From: a bacterium
GTDB lineage: Bacteria > Myxococcota_A > Bradymonadia > UBA7976 > UBA1532
Length of the DNA stretch: 64,000 nt
Assembly (NCBI GenBank): GCA_030427205.1
Contig: JAUHXC010000043.1
Location: 6,456 to 70,455, forward strand
Direction of reading: 5' to 3'
Every line of letters begins with the position of its first letter. The first letter of the stretch is position 1. Under the pieces are notes generated by a model. It saw only the letters and a list, made by a program, of their open reading frames with translations. It did no database searches and was not told where the DNA came from. Positions 56,344-64,000 of the stretch are shown in pieces. The position numbers were made by a program, and so were the translations under genes.

Positions 56344-57446
56344 CACCGCCCGACGATCCCGATCCCGTCGAGCGTCGGCACGAGGCGCACCGCGCGGGCC
56401 TCGCCCTCGGTCGACACCGTCGGCTCGGCGAGCCACAGCCAGGTCGCGACGCCGGCCAGCGCGGCGCCGGTGCCGAGGAAGACATAGCTGGTGATCGCCG
56501 CCGAGTCGGCGTCATCGCGGGCGTCCTCCACCTCGACCCGCGCCGCCGCCGCGCCGGCCACGTCGTAGACCGCCCGGGCGCGCTCGTAGCGGCCATAGGC
56601 CTCGTCACCGCGCTCGACCGCCGAGCGGGCGACGACGTTGAAGGCGACGCCGGCGCCGAGGGCCGCCACCGCGCCCGAGGTCAGCACCCACTCCAGCGTC
56701 CGCCCGTCGTCGGGCGGCGGCGGCGGGGGCGCCTCTTCGACGATGGTATTGCGGGTCTCGCCGCTCGCGGCGGGCAGCAGCACCACGACCTCTTCGGGCA
56801 CGCCCGGGGTGACCGTGACCAGCAGCGGGACCTCACGGCCATCGCTCGCGCTCGCCGCGCCGCGGTAGTTGCCCGACGGCAGGCTCCAGGGTTCGGCGCA
56901 GCCGCGCGCCTCGTCGGGGAAGGCCGCCAGGGTGATCGTGACGTCGTCCTCTTCGCAGACGAAGGTCACCGCCACCGGCAGCAGGGGCTCGATGCCCAGC
57001 AACAGCGGCTCGGCCTTCTCGATCAGCGCCGGGGGCGCGTCGCCGTAGACCACCGCCCGCAGCGCGTCGGCGGCGTCCTGCAGCTGGTCGAGCCGCTCGT
57101 AGCAGACGCCGGCCAGAAAGCGGGCGGTCAGCTGCTCTTCGGTGCGGGCGGCATCGGCCTCGATCGCGTCGGCGAACGCGCTGAACGCCGGCGCGGCGGT
57201 CGCGCAGTCTCCGGCCCGCATCGCGTCCTTGGCCTCGGCTTCCAGCTGCGCGGGATCTTTCGGGGGCGCGGCGGGCGGCTCGGCGGCCTCCGGCGCGGCT
57301 GCGGCCTCCTCCGCGGGCGCCTCGCCGTCGGGCGCGGGCTCGGCCGGCGGGGTCTCCTGGGCCGAAGCGGCGGCGGCGAAGGCGACGACCAGTCCGAAGG
57401 CCAGCGGGCGGATCGGGGCGGCGGCAGCAAGGCGCATGGGCATCAT
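56340..57446 (-). CDS. exported TPR-like / PEGA-like protein with C-terminal double-TM hairpin (paralogue of 32189..33325)
   Basis: Track ORF 56340..57719, with the start at MMPMRLAAAAPIRPLAFGLVVAFAAAASA (ATG 57446). After a Pro/Ala/Glu-rich linker come helical repeats, LPSGNYRGAASASDGREVPLLVTVTPG (PEGA-like), and two TM helices separated by a helical hairpin. Confidence 0.8.
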   Translation of the reverse strand: MMPMRLAAAAPIRPLAFGLVVAFAAAASAQETPPAEPAPDGEAPAEEAAAAPEAAEPPAAPPKDPAQLEAEAKDAMRAGDCATAAPAFSAFADAIEADAARTEEQLTARFLAGVCYERLDQLQDAADALRAVVYGDAPPALIEKAEPLLLGIEPLLPVAVTFVCEEDDVTITLAAFPDEARGCAEPWSLPSGNYRGAASASDGREVPLLVTVTPGVPEEVVVLLPAASGETRNTIVEEAPPPPPPDDGRTLEWVLTSGAVAALGAGVAFNVVARSAVERGDEAYGRYERARAVYDVAGAAAARVEVEDARDDADSAAITSYVFLGTGAALAGVATWLWLAEPTVSTEGEARAVRLVPTLDGIGIVGRW

Positions 57447-57621
57447 GCGCGTCACCCTATGACCACCGGGCGCCCCGGAGCAAGCGACCTGGGCCCGCGC
57501 TGACCCGTGCCCGGCCACGCCGACCGCCCCGTGTTCGTTTCCAGTAGCCCGGCTGCTGGTCAGCGCCGAGCCATGACCCGCCCTATAGTGCCAGACCGAA
57601 CGGGTGATTCGGGGAGGAGAC

Positions 57622-59016
57622 ATGCGGTCGAACCCACGCCTGCCGAGCGCGTTGGTGCTCGCCGCGCTCTTCGGTGGCTTCGCCGGCTGCTCGGCCGATC
57701 CCATCGCGTGCATCGGCAACGCAGATTGCCCCTCTGGCCAATACTGTCGGGCGACCGTCTGCGTCGAGCCGTCGGCCGACGGGCCGCTCGAAGACGTCTA
57801 TCGCGCGCGCATCGCGCCCCTGATCGAGACCGGCTGCAACTGCCACGGCCCGACGACCGAGCGGCTGTGGCGTTACGACCACAGCGACGACCCCGAGCGC
57901 TTCGCCCGCAGCCTCGCCGAGCTGCGCAACTGGCTCTACGATCCGTCGGTCGCGGCCGGCGCGATACCCGAGCGGCCGGCCCTCTTGGGCTATGCCGCCG
58001 CGCAATGCGGCTTCCGCCACCCGCTGATCTGGGAGACCCAGGACGGCCAATACCTCGAGCTGCTCGCCTGGGCCCGGCGCGCCCATGGGGAGCTGCAGCG
58101 GCCGCGGGCGAGCATCGAGCGGCCGTCACCTGACCCGACGATGACCCTGCCCCCGCGCGAGCAGGCCGAGCTCGACGCCGCCAAGACCGCGTCGCAGGCG
58201 TCCGGCGGGTGGGATCCGTTCCTCGGCTTCGAGGACGGCCCCGATCGTCACCTCACCGACCGCGTCGTGCGGCAATGTGGCTGCTGTCATACCGACCCGC
58301 GCCCGTTCAAGGTCGAGCCCCCGTTGCTCTGCGCCGACGGTGAGCCCCCGATCATCGACGGCGCGCCCGCCGAGGTGGGCTCGGGCGACATCTTGTGCAG
58401 CAGCGCCGTCTGGCTGCCTGGCCAGCTGAACTATGGCCTCGGCATCGGGCAGCACCCCGTCGTCTATTCGAGCGCCGACGATCCGCGCTACGCTTTGCTC
58501 TTCGAGTGGTTCACCTTCGCCCTCGACACGCCCGACGGGCAGACGCCGCTGGGCCAGCGCGCCACGTGCAACCGGCTGGACGCCTGCGAGCCCGACATGG
58601 ACGTGCCGATGCCTCCGCCCGGCGACGGCGGGCTCGACGCCATGGTCGCGCCCTCCGAGTGGGACGCGGCGGTCGGGCTCTTCAGGGACGACTGGGCCGG
58701 CATCACCAACAGCTGCAACGGGCCCTGCCACCAGGGCGGCGGCGTCGCGCCGCGGCTGCACCCCGACGACGCCGACCTCAGCGATGCGGCGATCCAGACG
58801 CTTCTCATGGGCCTCGCCGATCATCGCGCCCGCAACTTCGCGCCCGACGCGGATTACGACGGCCGGCCGATGTTCGACCGGGCCAACCCAGCGGCGGGGC
58901 GCTTCATGGCCGTGCTGAACCACAGCCCTCAGCACCCGGGCGATCGCTTCGCCGATCCCGCCGCGGTCGAGCGCCTGATCCGCAGCCTGCCGCCCGCGGC
59001 CGAGGTGGTGCCGTGA
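57622..59016 (+). CDS. lipoprotein with three degenerate cytochrome-c-like C..CH motifs
   Basis: Track ORF 57604..59016. ATG 57622 is preceded by GGGGAGGAG. The product MRSNPRLPSALVLAALFGGFAGC has a lipobox. The motifs are CNCH, CGCCH (= CxxCH) and CNGPCH. Confidence 0.8.
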   Translation: MRSNPRLPSALVLAALFGGFAGCSADPIACIGNADCPSGQYCRATVCVEPSADGPLEDVYRARIAPLIETGCNCHGPTTERLWRYDHSDDPERFARSLAELRNWLYDPSVAAGAIPERPALLGYAAAQCGFRHPLIWETQDGQYLELLAWARRAHGELQRPRASIERPSPDPTMTLPPREQAELDAAKTASQASGGWDPFLGFEDGPDRHLTDRVVRQCGCCHTDPRPFKVEPPLLCADGEPPIIDGAPAEVGSGDILCSSAVWLPGQLNYGLGIGQHPVVYSSADDPRYALLFEWFTFALDTPDGQTPLGQRATCNRLDACEPDMDVPMPPPGDGGLDAMVAPSEWDAAVGLFRDDWAGITNSCNGPCHQGGGVAPRLHPDDADLSDAAIQTLLMGLADHRARNFAPDADYDGRPMFDRANPAAGRFMAVLNHSPQHPGDRFADPAAVERLIRSLPPAAEVVP

Positions 59017-59188
59017 GCGGCCGCGATCCGGGCGCGCGTCGACGTCGAGGCTGACCGGCGGCATGGGGCCCCGGCCGGATCGGTCATCGCCCGGACATCA
59101 CCCCCGCAGGCCCCGCGCGCCGGAAAAGGCGCGGCCCTCGCCTTCGTGTTAGTCTCCGCCGACCACGAACGACGAGGCCCACCCCCTG

Positions 59189-59818
59189 ATGGTCCGCGGC
59201 AGCCCACCGCTCGCGCTGATCCTGACCTCCGCGATACTCGGGGGCTGCGTCGACGTGTATCAGCCGATGACCGGGCTGCACCGGCCGATCGCCATCGACA
59301 TCGGCTACACCAACTTCGCCGACCTCGACCTGCGGGTGCGCTGCCGGGCCAGCGCCGCCATGGACGCCAGTCAGGCCGGCGAGCTGTGCCGCCGGGTGGC
59401 CCGGCTCTTCGAGAACCAGGGGGCGCGGGTCGAGGTGCTGCGCGACGGCGCGCCGCCCATCGACGACGCCGAAGAGGCCGCCGCCGAAGGGGAGACCCCC
59501 AAAGCTCCGCGGGCCGCGCTGTCCATCGAGATCGCCGGCCGCGAGATCCGCCGCGACACCACCACCATCATCCCCTGGGCCTGGGAGCACACCAGCGACT
59601 ACACCATCGCCCAGGACATCTCCATCCGCGACGAGAGCGGCTTCCTGCTCGCCGCCGATACCTTCGTCTTCCGCTTCGTCAGCCGGATCGGCTTCTTCTC
59701 CGACGCCGAAGAGCAGTTCTCCGCCGACTTCTACGGCCAGCTCAGCCAGCTCGCGCTCAACGCCAAGGTCCGCCGCCGGGTGCTCGCCGAGGGCCAGGCG
59801 CGGCCGGGATCGGGGTGA
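59189..59818 (+). CDS. lipoprotein, unknown function
   Basis: 209 aa. MVRGSPPLALILTSAILGGC has a lipobox. This is the first gene of a tightly spaced plus-strand operon. Confidence 0.75.
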   Translation: MVRGSPPLALILTSAILGGCVDVYQPMTGLHRPIAIDIGYTNFADLDLRVRCRASAAMDASQAGELCRRVARLFENQGARVEVLRDGAPPIDDAEEAAAEGETPKAPRAALSIEIAGREIRRDTTTIIPWAWEHTSDYTIAQDISIRDESGFLLAADTFVFRFVSRIGFFSDAEEQFSADFYGQLSQLALNAKVRRRVLAEGQARPGSG

Positions 59819-59821
59819 GCG

Positions 59822-60487
59822 GTGGAGTTCTGGATCTACGTCCTGCTCTTCTCGCTGCCGTCGCTGGTGGAGTACGCCCGCGATCCGGTCGCCGGCCCGC
59901 TCGCGCCCGACCTGATGGCCGGGGCCGGGGAGGCGCTGCGCGGGCTCGACTGCGAAGCCATCAGCCACGTCACCGCCCGCGAGCGCTACCCGGGGCGGGT
60001 GACCGCGCCGCCGCCGCGCGGTGACCTCCTCGATCGCCAGGCGGTCGTCTGCCGCGCCCGGCTGATGCCGCCAGGCGTACGCCGGGCGCGCGACGAGGCC
60101 ATCCTCGGTGACCTGCGGCGCAGCAGCGAAGAGATGGCCGGGCTCGTGGCCGGGCTCGCCGATCCGCTGCGCGAGCGCACGTGGCTGGTCGAGGTCTACT
60201 ACCCCGATCCGCAGGTGGCGGCGAAGGTGCAGTTCGCGACCAAGAACGCGCTGCTCGAACAGGGGGTGCGCGTCACCGACCGCGCGCCGACGCTGGCCGC
60301 CGGCGACGTGGAGGTGCTCGGCCGCATCGACCCGCAGCGGGCGTGGCCGCTGGCCTGCACCCGCTACGTGGCCACCGACTCCCTCGGGGCGGGCGACGCG
60401 TTGATGGGGGTCGCCCTGCGCGACCGGCGGGCGACGATTCTCAACGTGGGCTACTGCGCCGACGGCGACTGGCGGTGGCTGCGATGA
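59822..60487 (+). CDS. hypothetical protein
   Basis: 221 aa. The GTG start is 3 nt after the upstream stop. GC3 is high and no motif is recognised. Confidence 0.65.
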   Translation: MEFWIYVLLFSLPSLVEYARDPVAGPLAPDLMAGAGEALRGLDCEAISHVTARERYPGRVTAPPPRGDLLDRQAVVCRARLMPPGVRRARDEAILGDLRRSSEEMAGLVAGLADPLRERTWLVEVYYPDPQVAAKVQFATKNALLEQGVRVTDRAPTLAAGDVEVLGRIDPQRAWPLACTRYVATDSLGAGDALMGVALRDRRATILNVGYCADGDWRWLR

Positions 60488-61725
60488 GCCATCGGTCGAT
60501 GTCATATGTCATGCCCGATGCCATCAATGGTGCCATTGGCGGTGCCATGTCGTATGTTATACGCCATGTCGCTGCGGTGGCGTGCCTGATGCTGCTCGCG
60601 TTGCCCGTGGCTCGAGCCCAGACCGCCGAGCAGGCCCAGCGGGCCGAGCTCGAAGAGCTGCGCCGCGTGGTCGCCGGTGAGGTGCAGCTCGCCGCCTACG
60701 ACCTGGTGGACGAGCTGGTCTACCGCTGGAATCAGAGCCCGCCGTTCGGCGAGCCGACGCCGGTCATCATCGCCGATCTCACCGTGCCGGTGGGCATGGG
60801 CACCGGCCTCGCCGCGCTCGTCGAGAACCACCTCGCCAAGCTGCTCATCGACAACCCGCAGTCGAACGTGCAGCTCTCGGCGTGCCCCTCGTGCACCGCG
60901 ATGCTGGTGCATTCGGGCCGCGAGGGCACGGTGGTCTCCCGCGGGCTCGACAACCCGAAGGCGCTCGACAAGGTGGGCGGCCCCGGCGGGCGCCACGGGC
61001 TCTACCTCGACCTCGCCGCCGAGGGCGCCTGGCTCGTGCTGCGGGCCCGCATCACGAAGCTGACCCCCGATCTGCCCATCGTCTACAGCCAGACGATCGC
61101 CTCGCCGGTGGGCGCGCCGTCGCTCCTGCGCAGCTCCCAGGGCCTCAAGTCGGCCGCCGAAGCCCGCGACGAGTACCTCGACGCGCTCGAAGACCGCGGC
61201 CCGTACACCATCCCGGTCAAGTTCGCGGTGCGCACCTACGCCGCCGCCGACGAGTTCGGCTTCCCGCCCGCGCCGGTGATCTGGCTGCAGACGGGCTTCG
61301 AGGCGGCGCTGACCCAGGCCCGCCGCTGGAAGGCCGACATCGTGCTGGGCTACGCGTGGCTGCCCGACGCCTACCAGGGCTTCATGATCCAGTCGCGCAT
61401 GGCCCGCCTGCTGGGCCAGACCCGCTCCTTGACCGGGCCCGACGTCTATCTGGTGCTCGGCGCCGCGCTGATGACCGTCGATGGGGTCGCCGTGGCCCAG
61501 CTCGCCGACCTCGGCCAGAGCAATAACGACGGCACGGTGAGCACCCGCGGCACCTTCGCCGGGCTGCACCTCGGCCTCGAGATGCGCGTCGCCAACCGGG
61601 TGGGCGCGACGGTCTTCCTCGAGAACATGCCCGCGTTCAACGACTCGGATCGCATCGGCGACTTCGTCGACCCGTTCGGCATCGAGTTCCACAGCTTCGG
61701 CGCCGAGGTCTCGTTTTGCTTCTGA
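60484..61725 (+). CDS. exported beta-barrel-like protein (paralogue of 61737..62726), C-terminal Phe
   Basis: ATG 60484 overlaps the upstream stop (ATGA). The alternative start ATG 60547 gives MSYVIRHVAAVACLMLLALPVARA. There is a CPSC motif. The C-terminal half is beta-strand-like and ends ...FGAEVSFCF (typical OMP terminus). Confidence 0.75.
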   Translation: MSHRSMSYVMPDAINGAIGGAMSYVIRHVAAVACLMLLALPVARAQTAEQAQRAELEELRRVVAGEVQLAAYDLVDELVYRWNQSPPFGEPTPVIIADLTVPVGMGTGLAALVENHLAKLLIDNPQSNVQLSACPSCTAMLVHSGREGTVVSRGLDNPKALDKVGGPGGRHGLYLDLAAEGAWLVLRARITKLTPDLPIVYSQTIASPVGAPSLLRSSQGLKSAAEARDEYLDALEDRGPYTIPVKFAVRTYAAADEFGFPPAPVIWLQTGFEAALTQARRWKADIVLGYAWLPDAYQGFMIQSRMARLLGQTRSLTGPDVYLVLGAALMTVDGVAVAQLADLGQSNNDGTVSTRGTFAGLHLGLEMRVANRVGATVFLENMPAFNDSDRIGDFVDPFGIEFHSFGAEVSFCF

Positions 61726-61736
61726 GGGCCCGCCAG

Positions 61737-62726
61737 ATGTCATCCGCGATGAGATATGCCATCAGACATGTCTTCGTGTATGCCATCGCGATGGTATGCC
61801 TGATGCCATCGATGGCATCCGCCGAGCGCGACGCCACCCGTGAGGCCATGGAGCGCTTCGAAGAGCTGCTCGAGCTGCGCCAGAGCGACGGCAAGCTCGT
61901 GCCGCGCGACATCCTGCCGCTCATCCTCGTCAGCGCGCAGCCACGCTATCAAGAGTCCGAGGCCTGGCTGCCGGTCCGCGCGATGACCGCGCTCGTGCGC
62001 GCCTTCGGGCCGGGCGCCGTGCGTATCTGCGAGGCCTGCATGCGCCTGCGCACGGCCGTCGGCGAGGGCCGCATCGTGCAGTCGAGCGGGCCGGTCGACC
62101 TCGCCGAGATCATCGCCTTCGACGATCGCTACCGGGGCAGCGCCGAGCCCGCGCGCACCGGCGTCTGGGTCGAAGAGACCCGCAACGGCGTGGCGGTGCG
62201 CTTCGTCGACCTGCGCTCGGGGCGGCTGGTCTACGCCCACAACATCGACCCCGACCTGCGCGAGTACCGCGGCAGCCAGCGCAGCTTCCGCATGGCCGAA
62301 GAGCTCGAGCGCCGGGCCCGCGGCGAGGGCCTGACCCACGCGATGTTCGACGTGGCGGCCTATCCGGGGCAGCACATCTCCGCCGAGTGGGCCGAGCAGT
62401 GGGGCGAGACCAACAGCAACCTCTCGGGCTTCGTGCTCTCGTTCTTCGACCCGGTGCTCGGCGTCGGCGCCTCGTACCACCGGGTGCTGCCCTGGCTGCA
62501 CATGACCGTCGGCGGGCAGGTCCTGCTCTCGGTGCCCACCGCGGTGGTCCAGGGGATCGCCGACGTCGACATCGACATCCTCGACCCGGTGTTGACGGTG
62601 GCGGGCATGCTGCGCATCCCGTTCGGGCGCTCGAACTACGCCGGCCTGATCTCGGTGTCGACCAACGGCAACGTCGGGCTCGGCATCAGCTTGCTCAACT
62701 CGTCCATCCTGCCGTTCCTGCCGTGA
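61737..62726 (+). CDS. exported beta-rich protein (paralogue of 60484..61725)
   Basis: ATG 61737 lies 12 nt after the upstream stop; the alternative is ATG 61749 (MRYAIRHVFVYAIAMVCLMPSMASA). There is a CEAC motif at the position equivalent to the paralogue's CPSC. The track ORF starts at TTG 61716. Confidence 0.75.
   Translation: MSSAMRYAIRHVFVYAIAMVCLMPSMASAERDATREAMERFEELLELRQSDGKLVPRDILPLILVSAQPRYQESEAWLPVRAMTALVRAFGPGAVRICEACMRLRTAVGEGRIVQSSGPVDLAEIIAFDDRYRGSAEPARTGVWVEETRNGVAVRFVDLRSGRLVYAHNIDPDLREYRGSQRSFRMAEELERRARGEGLTHAMFDVAAYPGQHISAEWAEQWGETNSNLSGFVLSFFDPVLGVGASYHRVLPWLHMTVGGQVLLSVPTAVVQGIADVDIDILDPVLTVAGMLRIPFGRSNYAGLISVSTNGNVGLGISLLNSSILPFLP
61802..61819. promoter_or_regulatory. 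perfect 18-bp palindrome GATGCCATCGATGGCATC
   Basis: Read directly from the sequence. It lies inside the signal-peptide coding region of gene 61737..62726 and is part of a run of five ATGNCAT heptamers (61737..61818). Confidence 0.45.
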
Positions 62727-62734
62727 GTGACGTG

Positions 62735-63382
62735 ATGCGATCGCCAACGCTCCTCTGCTGCCTGCTGCTCGCCGGCCTCGCCCTCGGCGCCTGCACCCAG
62801 CGCAACTACACCGAGTACCTCATCGAGCCGCCGCCGGCGAAGAACCCGGCCCTCGAAGAAGAGGACGGCACCGTCGCCCGCCCCTTCGGCTTCGGCTCGA
62901 CGACGGTGATGAAGGTCGCCTGGAACGACGGCAGCGTGCTCACCGAGGTGCAGATCCCGGTGCTCGCCAGCGGGCAGCGCATCATCATCGAGCACAGCGA
63001 GGCCAGCGATACGGTGCAGACCATCCCGTCGACCCGGCTGGTGCCGCCCAAGCCCACCATCGCCGACGAGACGCTGGTCGAGGCCTATCGCGCCCGCGGG
63101 CTGCGGGTGAACCCCGACGCGCCCGACATCAGCATCACCCGCTCGCGGACGTTGATGCAGGACGCGCTCGAATCGGGCAACGTGCAGCTCGCGCTCGAGT
63201 GGGCCGAGATGGTGCTCGCCCGCTACCCGTCGCACCCTGAGTTCATGCGGGCCAAGGGCTCGATCCTGTACTTGATGGGCGAGCGGGACAAAGCGATCGA
63301 GGTCTACGAGGCGGTCGAGGAGATCGAGAGCGATCCCCAGGTCCGCCAGATGCTGGAGAAGCTCCGCCAAGGGGGGAATTGA
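62735..63382 (+). CDS. TPR-containing lipoprotein
   Basis: This is the C-terminal 215 codons of track ORF 62387..63382, with ATG 62735. The product MRSPTLLCCLLLAGLALGAC has a lipobox. The C-terminal part has TPR-like helices (GNVQLALEWAEMVLARYPSHPEFMRAKGSILYLMGERDKAIEVYEA). Confidence 0.8.
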   Translation: MRSPTLLCCLLLAGLALGACTQRNYTEYLIEPPPAKNPALEEEDGTVARPFGFGSTTVMKVAWNDGSVLTEVQIPVLASGQRIIIEHSEASDTVQTIPSTRLVPPKPTIADETLVEAYRARGLRVNPDAPDISITRSRTLMQDALESGNVQLALEWAEMVLARYPSHPEFMRAKGSILYLMGERDKAIEVYEAVEEIESDPQVRQMLEKLRQGGN

Positions 63383-63385
63383 GCC

Positions 63386-64000
63386 GTGCAGATCATCGGC
63401 TTGTTGGTGCTCGCCGCCGTCGTCAGCTACGGCTTCAGCGAGCGCGAGATGACCCAGGTCAGCGCGTTCGACGTGCACGCGCTGGTGGTGGTGCTCGGGG
63501 GGTGCGTCGGCGCGGTGCTCACCTCGTCGACCGCGCTCAACAGCCTGCGCACGCTGATCGTGCTGCGCGAGCTGGTGCCCGGCGCGGGCATCATGCAGAA
63601 GGGCACCGACGCCATCGAGAGCGCCCGCCAGCGCTTCGCCGAGCTGTGGCGGGACGGCAAACGGGCCCAGGCGGTGGACTTCGCCGAAGGATCGGGGCTC
63701 AAACCGATCAAGGAGATGCTGCGCCTCGTGCTCGCCCGGTCGGGGCAGAAGAGCGTCGAGACGGTCTTCCTCGAGCTGCGCCACGCCGAGCTCGAGCGGC
63801 ATCAGCCGGCGACGAGCAACTGGGAGGTGCTCGCCCGCCTCGGCCCCAGCTTCGGCATGGTCGGCACCGTCACCGGCATGATCCAGCTCTTCAAGAACAT
63901 GGGCGACGAGAACCTCAACATCGGCGCGGCGATCTCGCTGGCTCTGGTAGCGACGTTGTACGGCATCGCCTTCGGCGCTGGCGTCGCCGGGCCCATCGGC
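63386..64000 (+). CDS. MotA/TolQ/ExbB proton-channel family protein, MotA-like (3'-truncated by window edge)
   Basis: This ORF is not in the track because no stop is reached. The GTG 63386 start is 3 nt after the upstream stop. My translation is VQIIGLLVLAAVVSYGF...LARLGPSFGMVGTVTGMIQLFKNMGDENLNIGAAISLALVATLYGIAFGAGVAGPIG. It contains the stator signatures G-x-x-GT-x-x-GMI and ALxxTxYG. Confidence 0.85.
   Translation, partial: MQIIGLLVLAAVVSYGFSEREMTQVSAFDVHALVVVLGGCVGAVLTSSTALNSLRTLIVLRELVPGAGIMQKGTDAIESARQRFAELWRDGKRAQAVDFAEGSGLKPIKEMLRLVLARSGQKSVETVFLELRHAELERHQPATSNWEVLARLGPSFGMVGTVTGMIQLFKNMGDENLNIGAAISLALVATLYGIAFGAGVAGPIG

Noticed and set aside
54541-56608. ORFs 54541..56487(+), 55667..56494(+) and 56078..56608(-) over the FGE lipoprotein gene
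   Set aside because: These are off-frame or antisense readings with low-complexity composition.
59113-59136. Weak hairpin (6-bp stem CGCGCC/GGCGCG, GGAAAA loop) after gene 57622..59016 as a terminator
   Set aside because: The stem is short and there is no U-tract. It is not distinguishable from background GC-rich self-complementarity.
59084-63802. Minus-strand ORFs 59084..60505, 60502..61743, 61740..62747 and 62636..63802 antisense to the six-gene operon
   Set aside because: All are Arg/Gly/Ala/His-rich shadow ORFs without motifs. The plus-strand genes have lipoboxes, signal peptides, paralogy and tight operon spacing.

Overview
This is a very GC-rich (about 70% by eye) bacterial chromosomal segment that is almost fully coding on both strands. 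I support about 50 protein-coding genes, with one gene open at each window edge. Many genes are joined by 1-4 nt ATGA/GTGA/TGATG start-stop overlaps. I recognised no rRNA, tRNA, CRISPR array, transposase, integrase or phage gene. Lineage signals point to Myxococcota: a MYXO-CTERM-tagged trypsin-like protease, four proteins with arrays of the Cys/Asp-rich MopE-type putative metal-binding repeat, three Hanks-type Ser/Thr kinases, three FGE-sulfatase (SUMF1-like) domain proteins, and a very high density of lipoproteins. Recognisable functions are MenH, two PaaI thioesterases, an exported DhlA-like haloalkane dehalogenase, an OmpR/HisKA two-component pair plus an orphan OmpR-type regulator, arginine deiminase, a class I/II aminotransferase, YciI, a UvrD-type helicase, a ferredoxin, MscS, a KirBac-like and an RCK-type channel (both with degenerate selectivity filters), a CaCA antiporter, an ERI-1-like exonuclease and an EEP-fold nuclease/phosphatase. 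Candidate novel systems, in my order of interest: (i) 59189..64000, a tight six-gene operon of lipoproteins, two paralogous beta-barrel-like proteins and a TPR lipoprotein ending in a MotA-like stator gene; (ii) 33343..37492, a membrane P-loop ATPase with an MscK-like N-terminus coupled to a stand-alone MscS; (iii) 46013..50773, a 1586-aa lipoprotein carrying fibrinogen-like and SRCR domains; (iv) 42770..45572, a pentapeptide-repeat protein plus UvrD-like helicase; (v) 24433..27815, a nuclease cluster. Non-coding oddities are clusters of the palindromic heptamer ATGNCAT (including perfect 16- and 18-bp palindromes), a perfect 17-bp-stem hairpin in an AT-rich 730-bp intergenic region, 4 x 13-bp direct repeats upstream of the STAND-type kinase, a 2 x 16-bp tandem repeat, and two in-frame 15-bp tandem repeats. 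All family assignments come from motif recognition by eye; no database search was run.
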